Shown here one piece after another: positions 18,616 through 27,164 of a stretch of 64,000 nt of DNA. Position 1 is the first letter of the stretch. Each line of letters begins with the position of its first letter. The notes below the pieces were generated by a model. It had not been told where the DNA came from. It did no database searches and saw nothing but the letters and a program-made list of their open reading frames with translations. The DNA is from an uncultured Candidatus Saccharibacteria bacterium (GTDB lineage Bacteria; Patescibacteriota; Saccharimonadia; Saccharimonadales; UBA4665): NCBI GenBank assembly GCA_963820105.1, contig CAWFYI010000003.1:12475-76474 (forward strand), in the 5' to 3' direction. The translations under genes and the position numbers were made by a program.

Positions 18616-19848
18616 ATGCCGGACGAAGTAGTTATCCGCGCGGAAAAGGTCAGCAAGGACTTTGTGTTGCCGCACGAGAAAGTCAACTCGCTCAAAAGCC
18701 TGTTCACGGGCGCGGCCAAACGGCGCGGTCACAGGAAGAGCAAAGAGACCCAGCACGCCCTGCGCGACATCTCGTTCGAAATCAAAAAGGGCGAATTTTT
18801 CGGCATAGTCGGCCGCAACGGCAGCGGCAAGAGCACATTGCTGAAGATTCTGGCCGGAATCTACCAGCCTACGAAAGGCAAGGTCCACACCCGCGGCAAG
18901 CTGGTGCCGTTCATCGAGCTGGGCGTGGGCTTCAACCCGGAACTCACCGGCCGCGAGAACGTCTACCTGAACGGCGCTATGCTTGGCTTCTCGGAGAGGG
19001 AAGTAGAAGAGATGTACGACAGCATCGTGAAATTCGCGGAACTGGAACGCTTCATGGACCAGAAATTGAAGAACTACTCGTCCGGTATGCAGGTACGCCT
19101 GGCGTTTTCCATGGCCATCCGCGCCGAGGCCGACATCCTGCTCATAGACGAAGTCCTCGCCGTCGGCGACGCCGATTTCCAGAGGAAGTGTTATGACTAT
19201 TTTCGTAAACTTAAAAAAGAGAAAAAAACAGTCATCTTCGTAAGCCACGACATGAGCGCAATCAGGGGGTACTGTGACCGCGCGCTCATGATTGAAGACA
19301 GCGAAATCGTTTTCTCAGGAAGCGCTAACGACACCGCAAAAGAGTACACAAAGCTATTCATGCCCGAAGTTTATGCAGCTGATAAAAGGACAGAGCAAAA
19401 AGAAAATGCTAGAAAAACCAAAGCCAAAAAGTGGGGCGCTGGAGGTATAGATATTGTCAACCTCAGCATATCCAAACCAAGGTTTACTCAGAGTGACAAC
19501 GCTATAGAAGTAACCTACCAGATTAAGGCTACAGAAAGCTTCAAGGATGAAATAATCCCTGGGATAACTATAAGGGACGCAAGCGGTGAACCCATTTGCG
19601 GCACAAACACTAAAATAATTCACCCAGAAAAACGCTACTTCATAGGCGGCAACAGTGACAAAGTATTACGCATACGGTGGCATATTCCGAATATATTTAA
19701 CGGAGGTACATATACGATAGAACCTGCCGTACTGTCGGCAACTAATAATGATACATTGCAGTGGTGGGATGAAGCTGCGCGCTTCATTATTGTTAATGAC
19801 GAGAGCACCCCATACCCGGTAGCTCCGCACATCATCGCCGATATTTAG
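18616..19848 (+). CDS. wzt: ABC polysaccharide export ATPase with C-terminal carbohydrate-binding-type extension (Wzt/TagH-like)
   Basis: Walker A is GRNGSGKSTLLKILAG, signature is YSSGMQVRLAFSMA, Walker B is LLIDEVLAVGD. An extra ~150-aa beta-rich C-terminal domain (IDIVNLSI...IEVTYQIKA...GTYTIEPAV) resembles Wzt_C. Confidence 0.88.
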   Translation: MPDEVVIRAEKVSKDFVLPHEKVNSLKSLFTGAAKRRGHRKSKETQHALRDISFEIKKGEFFGIVGRNGSGKSTLLKILAGIYQPTKGKVHTRGKLVPFIELGVGFNPELTGRENVYLNGAMLGFSEREVEEMYDSIVKFAELERFMDQKLKNYSSGMQVRLAFSMAIRAEADILLIDEVLAVGDADFQRKCYDYFRKLKKEKKTVIFVSHDMSAIRGYCDRALMIEDSEIVFSGSANDTAKEYTKLFMPEVYAADKRTEQKENARKTKAKKWGAGGIDIVNLSISKPRFTQSDNAIEVTYQIKATESFKDEIIPGITIRDASGEPICGTNTKIIHPEKRYFIGGNSDKVLRIRWHIPNIFNGGTYTIEPAVLSATNNDTLQWWDEAARFIIVNDESTPYPVAPHIIADI

Positions 19849-21144
19849 TCACCTAGCCGTAATAACATCCATAATGCGGTTAGACGTTTCTTCCCAGGTG
19901 AAATTTGAAGCCTGTTTTTTGCCTAACGAAGCATACTTCTTGCGCAGTTTAGGATTAGACTCTAAGTCTTGTACGAATTTGACTATATCTAGGTAAGAAT
20001 CAGCATAAAGTGCAGCGCTTCCAGCAGCCTCGGCTATGGATGAATTTTTATATGTAATTACGGGCGTGCCATACTGCATCGCCTCCAACACAGGTAGACC
20101 GAAGCCCTCATACCTACTTGGGAACACAAATACCAACGCATTATTGTATAGCCAGTTTCGCTCCTGATCGGACACAAAACCTAAGTAAATTATATCGTCA
20201 GCATAAGAAGAATTTCTAAGAGCTAGTTGCGTGTCATGAACCGGAATAGATTCTGGACCACGCATTATATCACCAGCTAGCACTAGTTTAAGTTCATGGC
20301 CTTGCGCCCGCAAGTGATTAAACGCCATGACTAATTCGTCAAGCTTGCGACGATGATCTGCTCCGCCCACGAACAGCAGGAACTTTGTTGCTTCATCCAT
20401 TTTGAATGGGCGCTTCAAATATCCCCATGAAGTATCTATATATCGGTGCATCTCTGTCCTGGCATTGCCGATTGCTTCCTCAGGCCTGTTTACGCCCAGA
20501 GGAATAGTTACTATTTTTCTTCTGGAAGATCTAACGTATTTCAGAAAGTCCTTGCGCGTGGTTTCGGATATGGCTATTACCTTGTCAGACCGCGTGGCGT
20601 TGACGCGCAGTTTATGTATGTAGGACCAGCGGCGCAGAGAACAACGAACTGCGGCTTGGCGGGGCTGGCCACGTGACCTGGAGGTTTTATAATCCCATAG
20701 ATAATCTGAACCTAGTACGTAAGGTATTACGTCGTAGGCTATGAAGACCTTTTTCATACCCCAGCCTTTAGGTACGCCAATCATTTGATCAGTCTGCAGG
20801 AAGACGTCTATGCCTTTGACGTCATGTATCCTTGCATCTCCAAAGTAGAGGTATCGCAAGGACACCAGTTTATTTATAAACTTGACAATGAGGTTAAACT
20901 TACCCGGGAGTACAGGCCCAATTTTCTTCGGGTCTACTAGAGGTCTGACCACATAATTTATGTCGTTCAAATCAAAAAGCTCCAGAGGATCATCACGGTT
21001 CCCCTCTATGTAATAGAAAAAAACAAAGTCATGTTTCTTACGCAGATCGGGCGGGATATTATTTATGAAGTTTATGAGAGTATAGCCTATACCTCGCATA
21101 CGGTGAGAACCTTGCAACGATGACAAATCGAGGCCTATTGTCAT
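19849..21144 (-). CDS. Glycosyltransferase family 4
   Basis: Motif VFPSRYEGFGLPVLEAMQYGTPVITYKNSSIAEA. The preferred start, MTIGLDLSS at 21144, forms an ATGA overlap with the upstream stop. The ORF-track start at 21195 would overlap the upstream gene by 55 nt. Confidence 0.85.
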   Translation of the reverse strand: MTIGLDLSSLQGSHRMRGIGYTLINFINNIPPDLRKKHDFVFFYYIEGNRDDPLELFDLNDINYVVRPLVDPKKIGPVLPGKFNLIVKFINKLVSLRYLYFGDARIHDVKGIDVFLQTDQMIGVPKGWGMKKVFIAYDVIPYVLGSDYLWDYKTSRSRGQPRQAAVRCSLRRWSYIHKLRVNATRSDKVIAISETTRKDFLKYVRSSRRKIVTIPLGVNRPEEAIGNARTEMHRYIDTSWGYLKRPFKMDEATKFLLFVGGADHRRKLDELVMAFNHLRAQGHELKLVLAGDIMRGPESIPVHDTQLALRNSSYADDIIYLGFVSDQERNWLYNNALVFVFPSRYEGFGLPVLEAMQYGTPVITYKNSSIAEAAGSAALYADSYLDIVKFVQDLESNPKLRKKYASLGKKQASNFTWEETSNRIMDVITAR

Positions 21145-22310
21145 GATTTTACCTCTTGTGCCGCATCCATGATTACCTGAGCGCTTCGCTTCCAAGAAAA
21201 CTTTTCGGCCTGCCGCGGACCCTCTTCCAAGACCCTTTCTGAAATTCTTTCTATATTGCCAAGGGCTTCCTTCATGGTGCTTACAAGCAGACCGGGCTTG
21301 TCCACATCTATCAAAGTGCCAGCTGAGCCCACGGCTTCCGGCAGCGAAGAATTATTAGCGGCTATAACGGGCACCCCACATGCCAACGCCTCCAATGGAG
21401 GCATCCCAAATCCCTCGTAGTGGCTTGGGTATACAAGCAAGGAAGCTCCAGAAATAATGGCTGGCTTATCTTTGTCTGCGACATATTTTGACGGCCTAAT
21501 GATTTTGTAGCCTTCATTGACCTTTGAAATTACGTGATTAAATAAAGTTTCCGTCTTCCAGCCGCTCACACCTACTAGCAATAGTGCATATTTGTCCGTT
21601 ATGGTTTTTGGCAGCTCGCAGTACGCATCGACTAAGGCTTGCAAATTTTTACGTGGTTCAAGGTTAGAAAGAGCTAAAATATACTTGCCTCCGACCCCAT
21701 ATTTGTCGTTTATCCTTGCAATTTCTTTGGACGATCTTTTATAGAACAGTCCTGGATCGGCTGCAGGATAAGCTACGCTTACTTTGGACTCAGGCAGTTT
21801 GTAGAAATCTATTATTTCATGCTGGGCACTTCGTGATATAGTAACTATTTTTTTTGATTTACCTACTGATTTGCGAACGGATTTTGAAAGGAAGTTTGCA
21901 TTACCTTCATCTGAGTATTGGCGATGCAACTCAAAGGACAGATCATAAATTACAAGTACAGATTTACTGAATAACAATGGCATACCCACGAAGCGAGGGA
22001 ATATGTACACGCCCCTGCCACACAGCAAGTCGATGGGCGGAAGCTTGCCCCTATGCCACAAGGCTGCCACATAGCGGAATGGCAAAGGAAGTTTTTTACA
22101 TCTTATATGTTTGAATCCAAATTTTTTGAATTTCTTAACGGAATCGCGAGGGATAATGACCACTATCTCTGGAGCTTCAACCCCCTTATATTTGGACTCC
22201 TCTATAATTTCGTCAAAACCTCGCAACATGCCCAATATATACTGGCCGATACCACTAAAATGACCGTCGACCAGACCGAGGCCGTCAATATAAATAGGTT
22301 TTTGCTTCAT
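21141..22310 (-). CDS. Glycosyltransferase family 4
   Basis: Motif VYPSHYEGFGMPPLEALACGVPVIAANNSSLPEA. 389 aa. Confidence 0.85.
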   Translation of the reverse strand: MKQKPIYIDGLGLVDGHFSGIGQYILGMLRGFDEIIEESKYKGVEAPEIVVIIPRDSVKKFKKFGFKHIRCKKLPLPFRYVAALWHRGKLPPIDLLCGRGVYIFPRFVGMPLLFSKSVLVIYDLSFELHRQYSDEGNANFLSKSVRKSVGKSKKIVTISRSAQHEIIDFYKLPESKVSVAYPAADPGLFYKRSSKEIARINDKYGVGGKYILALSNLEPRKNLQALVDAYCELPKTITDKYALLLVGVSGWKTETLFNHVISKVNEGYKIIRPSKYVADKDKPAIISGASLLVYPSHYEGFGMPPLEALACGVPVIAANNSSLPEAVGSAGTLIDVDKPGLLVSTMKEALGNIERISERVLEEGPRQAEKFSWKRSAQVIMDAAQEVKS

Positions 22311-22355
22311 AGGCGATAAGCCTATTTTATCAGACTATAGGCCGGGTACGGGGCT

Positions 22356-24290
22356 CTAATTCGCTCCGGCTGTCGCAGTATTCCAGTACGGTCGGTTTGC
22401 ATTGTTATACAGCACCAGGTTGCCGTCCTGCTGTATGACCAGCCTAAGGCCAGGATAACCGGCGGTGTGGCTATACCATAGCGGGCGTCCATTATTGTCG
22501 TAGAGTACCAGGTTGCCATCCAATTGCATGGCCAGGAAAGACACTGACTTACCGTCAGTACCGGTTGACCACAACGCATGGGTAGGAGAGTACAAAACCA
22601 GATTACCGTCGGCCTGCATTATCAGATGGAAACGCCGATCAGCAGTATCTATGCTTTGGCCGGGATAGAGACGGGCCGCTGTTGCACCGGGCTTCAGTGA
22701 TGTATTCACGTAGGAAAGATGATCAGGATTATGAACCGTATAGCTTGCCCACAGGGCGGCGTTTGAGCTGCTGTAGACTACCATATTGCCATCTGTTTGC
22801 AGCACAAGCCTTGCACCGGAATTGCCCTCAGTCTGCGTACTCCACAAAGCCACGTTGTTTTGGTTATATAAAACCAAGTTGCCATCAGTCTGCATGACCA
22901 AGCGATTAGCGGAACTCCCCTGCGTCCCGGTTTCCCAAGAGATATTAAAATCTGAATACAGCACCAGATTGCCGTCGCTCTTGATGGTTAGGACAGACTG
23001 AGAGTCCGTTGATAACAATGAACTGCCTTTGTTAAGCGTCTGCCCGGATGTGAGGGTGGAGTTATTACTATTGTTTGCCGATCCTGTACTATTCACGTTC
23101 ACCGTCACGAAAAACCCCAGGTCATTAAGCCAGGTCTGGCCTTCGATTAGCGGATTGAAGTATTCGTTATAGGTGCCAGTAGTGCCGGGGGCCTGCATCT
23201 CAAACTGGAAAGTTCCCACATCTCCGGGAACGACCGAACTCTCGAGCAGCTGAGTCGGCCTGCTGTTGGACAGCCAATTTCCGTCAGCGAAACTGCTGGC
23301 CCGGTCCATCGGGCGCGAGGTGCCTAGATGCATGTTGGACTGGGTCCAAGTCTGGTAGCCTATATTTCTGGCTTTCAGCGTCATGTAAATCTTGCCCCCG
23401 GGCGCGACCGTAGGAGTTGCCGAGAACTGCTGTGTGCGACCGGCATCTGAATAGGCCCACTGGCCTTCATAGGCCCAGGCGTACGGCGTAGAAGTCTGGG
23501 TCGAGCCGAACCACAGCTGGAAGTAGTAAACGAAGTTATAACTGCCCGAATAGCCCGTCTCTGAGTACGGACCAACGTAGGGCGTGTAGCAGTAAAGCGA
23601 TGCTGTGGCGGCATTAGCTATAGTAATCGTCCTTGCCGAGCCACCGGAATTCGTGAAGGTTACCGTGTTGCCCGGGTAAAGCCCTGCCGAATAAAACCCT
23701 GCATGGGCGCTGGAGCAAGGGTAATTGTTGCCCGGGTGCCAGCTTAGCCAATCCGCATGATGAAGAGCGCCTTCGTAGTTATAGCGCAGTATCCAAGTGC
23801 CATTGTCTACTTGGCTGAAGAAACCCACATATCCGCTACAGGAGTTGTAGCCCATAGCGCAGTTTATCTGGGAAGCGGATGGAGAGGGGTCTGTTATAAG
23901 GGACTGTTCCTTTTCCAGCGTAGCGAGGATGCTGCGGGGACTGATTCCGTAAGCCTGCGCGGAGTCGAAGATTATCTGAGCTACCGATATGCGCTGGCCG
24001 CAGTGATGGTAATAGGGCGCAATGGTGGAGTCGCAAGCCTCTACGTCGGAGTAGCCTGCTATTCCGCCGTGCTCGCTGGACAGGAACGCCTGGATCTGAC
24101 TGGCATTCATGGAGCTGGTATTGGTGAACGTGGGATTGTCTATGAGATTGCTGGGGTTGTAACTGGGCGAAAAGGCATGGGCGCGCTGTAGCGGCAGCAT
24201 GATGCTGGCTGCCATCAGCAGAAATACAGACAACACCAGAAATGCAGCATTCTTTTTACTCAAACCGGTCCTAAGTGCTGAAACTAACAT
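22356..24290 (-). CDS. Secreted protein: lysozyme-like N-domain + NBR1-type Ig-like domain + two tandem bulb-type (monocot mannose-binding, MMBL) lectin domains
   Basis: Signal peptide is FLVLSVFLLMAASIMLPLQRAHA. The N-domain has QIIFDSAQAYGISPRSILATLEKEQSL. The Ig-like block is GGKIYMTLKARNIGYQTWTQ...GDVGTFQFEMQAP. Six QxDxNxVxY-type motifs occur in the last 232 aa (nt 22356-23054): KSDGNLVLY, QTDGNLVLY, QTDGNMVVY, QADGNLVLY, QLDGNLVLY, QQDGNLVLY. Confidence 0.8.
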   Translation of the reverse strand: MLVSALRTGLSKKNAAFLVLSVFLLMAASIMLPLQRAHAFSPSYNPSNLIDNPTFTNTSSMNASQIQAFLSSEHGGIAGYSDVEACDSTIAPYYHHCGQRISVAQIIFDSAQAYGISPRSILATLEKEQSLITDPSPSASQINCAMGYNSCSGYVGFFSQVDNGTWILRYNYEGALHHADWLSWHPGNNYPCSSAHAGFYSAGLYPGNTVTFTNSGGSARTITIANAATASLYCYTPYVGPYSETGYSGSYNFVYYFQLWFGSTQTSTPYAWAYEGQWAYSDAGRTQQFSATPTVAPGGKIYMTLKARNIGYQTWTQSNMHLGTSRPMDRASSFADGNWLSNSRPTQLLESSVVPGDVGTFQFEMQAPGTTGTYNEYFNPLIEGQTWLNDLGFFVTVNVNSTGSANNSNNSTLTSGQTLNKGSSLLSTDSQSVLTIKSDGNLVLYSDFNISWETGTQGSSANRLVMQTDGNLVLYNQNNVALWSTQTEGNSGARLVLQTDGNMVVYSSSNAALWASYTVHNPDHLSYVNTSLKPGATAARLYPGQSIDTADRRFHLIMQADGNLVLYSPTHALWSTGTDGKSVSFLAMQLDGNLVLYDNNGRPLWYSHTAGYPGLRLVIQQDGNLVLYNNANRPYWNTATAGAN

Positions 24291-24828
24291 TGATTTCCAC
24301 TATGTCCTCTTCCGCGCCATTACTTGGGTTAGGGTAGTATACCTCTAATTTTCCGCTATTTGAATGCGGGGTGAACTTAAGTATGCCAGAGAATTTTCCA
24401 TCAACTACCTTAAGATTACCTTGAGCTATCAGACCTACCGAGTTGTCCTTAAGGATGAACTGGACGCTGCTGACCTTAGCCAAACCGCTCAGCGTGTCGC
24501 CAGAGCGCACCGTAGTGTTGGGCGAAGGTAGCTGAAGCGTGATGTTGCCGGAAGTTGACAAGACCCACTGGGACGATGGCGGCAGTGTGCCGCTGGTCTT
24601 TCCATTCTGGTCCACCACGCCACCGTCGCGGTTTCCATTCGTGACCGTGGATTCAGGCACCTTGTGCGGCGTAGGCTTGGACGTCGTGCCGGTGACTTTG
24701 CTTTTACTCTTGCTGGCAGCAAGGTTAGGGTTTGAGTTGTGGTTATGATAAATCCAAGCTCCGCCGGCCACCAACACAATCAGTAGGCCTAAGAGAACCT
24801 TCTTGCTTAAAAAACTGCGCTTGCTCAT
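24271..24828 (-). CDS. Small membrane-anchored exoprotein with C-terminal Ig-like (Gmad2-like) domain (hypothetical)
   Basis: N-terminal TM is VLLGLLIVLVAGGAWIY, followed by a Ser/Thr/Lys-rich linker and a beta-rich C-terminus (ITLQLPSPNTTVRSGDTLSGLAK...KLEVYYPNPSNG). It overlaps the lectin gene start by 20 nt on the same strand. Confidence 0.55.
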   Translation of the reverse strand: MSKRSFLSKKVLLGLLIVLVAGGAWIYHNHNSNPNLAASKSKSKVTGTTSKPTPHKVPESTVTNGNRDGGVVDQNGKTSGTLPPSSQWVLSTSGNITLQLPSPNTTVRSGDTLSGLAKVSSVQFILKDNSVGLIAQGNLKVVDGKFSGILKFTPHSNSGKLEVYYPNPSNGAEEDIVEINVSFST

Positions 24829-24981
24829 ATTTTTATTTTATTCCGTCCACACACATAATACCATAAAGTTTAAGAAATTGACAAGCGCACACATCTGTTA
24901 AAAATTGCAAGACAACGTTAAATGAAAGATTGGTCTGTCCATATTTCTTTTCACGCACCGCGGCAGTATAGAATATACGTA

Positions 24982-27111
24982 ATGGATAAATCCAAATATC
25001 GGCCTTCTGTATTGAGGTTTTGGCTCTCCAAGGGCTGGGTGCAGTGGCTTCTGGCGGCCGTATTCTTCTTTTTTGCTTCCTGGTTCTTCATGGGCAGTGC
25101 CATCAATAATTGTTCGACCACCACGACCGCTTTGGGAAGTGATAGCACAGGCGGCTTAGCGTGGATGCAGTGGGCTGGCGGTAACGACCTGAGCTGGGGG
25201 CATACGGACAAAAGCAACTATCCTTACGGGGAAAATCTTAATCAACCGCAGAATATAACCTCAGCCCTGTTAATTTTTATATATAAAGTATTCGCCTCGT
25301 TAACTACACCTATATGCGGGCTCAACCTTTTAGAGCTACTGGGCTACATGTCAACCGGGCTGGTAATGTACGGACTGATCAGATGGTTGCTGAAACGCAA
25401 TGACATCGCGGTGTTCGCGGGGTTTGCCGCCACGTTCGTGCCTTTCCATCTTGTAAATGCCCAAAGTCACATCAATTACATATACGGGAGCACGTTTATA
25501 GGTGTGATATGGGCTTACCTGTGGCTCATAAGCAGGCCTACTTATAAAAGGGCGTTGGTATTAGGCGCGGTCAGCGCGATTGGATTCTACTTTGATGGTT
25601 ATTTTATATTTATCACCGGGGTCCTGCTTGCCGGCCTGTTTGCGTCTTCGTTCATATACGACCTGCTTAGATCGCTACTAGGCCACACCAATTCCGTCGC
25701 CATATGGAGGGAGGCCTTGCACAGAGCCAAGTATCTGGTGGTTGCAGGGCTTTCTTTAGGCTTGCTGCTGGCTCCAATACTAATTACTTACGAAAAGCAC
25801 GGTGCGGCTATAAATTACTCCTTGGCCACCGGCAGAAGTAAGGTAAAATCAGAAACCGAGCTATATGGGGTTAAGCCGATTGAGTTCGTACTCCCCAGCT
25901 ATAACAGCGCGTTGATGCCACCGGGCTACCCCAAATGGCGGGAGACCAAACTGCACGGCTCCAACTTTTCGGAGGCCACCTTATATATAGGTTACACGGT
26001 AATGATCCTGGCACTTATCAGCATCGCCGGCGTTTTTTACTGGAAACACAGACGCACTAAAGCGCAAAACATACCTTACGTTCACCTGGTATTCACGGCC
26101 GCTTTCACTTTCCTTGTTTGCTTGCTACTGTCGCTGCCGGCCGAAGTCACATTGTTTGGCAGACAGTTTCAGACCCCAGTGAACACATTAACTGATCTGA
26201 CGAGCGCATGGCGGACTCTGTCCCGGATGTTCCTGGCAATCGACCCTTTAATGATCGTTTTGGCAAGTTTGGGGCTGTATATTATTACTAAAAACAGGCC
26301 AAAGGCCGTACGCCTTGCCATCGTTATGATTTGCGGTCTATTGCTCTTCTTTGAATATTTACCGTGGCCGCTGCATGCCAATGGCGACCTGTACAAGGAC
26401 GCTCCGTCTACCTATAGACACTTGCGCAGGGATCACAACGTTAAACTAGTAGCTGAGTACCCGTTTGCCAGCTTTGTTGACACCCCGGAAATATTTACCT
26501 ACCAGCCGGTGGACAACAAGACCTTATTGAATGCTAGCACCTCTGTTATTTCGAGAGGTCCTTTCGATGCCAGCATCGCCGGGTTGAACGACCCTCAGAC
26601 CCTGGGTGTGCTGAAGCGCCTAGATGTGGACGTAATATTGGCGCATGGCTTCAGTTCCGACAATCCCGATTTAGTGACTTACTACCAAGCGCACAATACG
26701 CACCCCAACAACAAGACCGTGGCCGCTGACGCGCTGTATTCCTACACCATTCGCGACCCTGTAACGCCTCGAGACGCGTCGTTAATTATTAAGAAAGGTT
26801 ATGAATCGCTATCAGTCGACAACTATCAGATCAGTCATCGTTATGTAACCAATAAGGCGACCATGGGCATAGGCTCGGTAAATTACAGCCCCCTGGCTAA
26901 AAACTATGACGTACGCTTTGAAGTTGCCAGCATCTGTCCGGTTAACGCTCATGTCACAGTCATGCAATTTGGCAAGGTCTTATGGTCCGGCTCGGCCGGG
27001 GAACAACCTGTGCCTATAAATCTGGCTGTGGCCAGTAAAGACTTTTATGTGCAAACCGCTTACTGCTCAATTGGCATCACAAACATGAGTGCAGATCCCC
27101 TATCACCGTAG
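24982..27111 (+). CDS. Large polytopic membrane protein with extracytoplasmic C-terminal domain (GT-C/YfhO-like, putative)
   Basis: There are more than 10 hydrophobic helices in the first ~480 aa, then a ~230-aa soluble C-terminal domain. The preferred start is MDKSKYRPS at 24982 (ORF track gives 24922). The assignment rests on topology and context only. Confidence 0.5.
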   Translation: MDKSKYRPSVLRFWLSKGWVQWLLAAVFFFFASWFFMGSAINNCSTTTTALGSDSTGGLAWMQWAGGNDLSWGHTDKSNYPYGENLNQPQNITSALLIFIYKVFASLTTPICGLNLLELLGYMSTGLVMYGLIRWLLKRNDIAVFAGFAATFVPFHLVNAQSHINYIYGSTFIGVIWAYLWLISRPTYKRALVLGAVSAIGFYFDGYFIFITGVLLAGLFASSFIYDLLRSLLGHTNSVAIWREALHRAKYLVVAGLSLGLLLAPILITYEKHGAAINYSLATGRSKVKSETELYGVKPIEFVLPSYNSALMPPGYPKWRETKLHGSNFSEATLYIGYTVMILALISIAGVFYWKHRRTKAQNIPYVHLVFTAAFTFLVCLLLSLPAEVTLFGRQFQTPVNTLTDLTSAWRTLSRMFLAIDPLMIVLASLGLYIITKNRPKAVRLAIVMICGLLLFFEYLPWPLHANGDLYKDAPSTYRHLRRDHNVKLVAEYPFASFVDTPEIFTYQPVDNKTLLNASTSVISRGPFDASIAGLNDPQTLGVLKRLDVDVILAHGFSSDNPDLVTYYQAHNTHPNNKTVAADALYSYTIRDPVTPRDASLIIKKGYESLSVDNYQISHRYVTNKATMGIGSVNYSPLAKNYDVRFEVASICPVNAHVTVMQFGKVLWSGSAGEQPVPINLAVASKDFYVQTAYCSIGITNMSADPLSP

Positions 27112-27164
27112 GTACTATAGGGACATAGATGATATAGTACGTAAAACGGCGGCATTTAAGTTAG

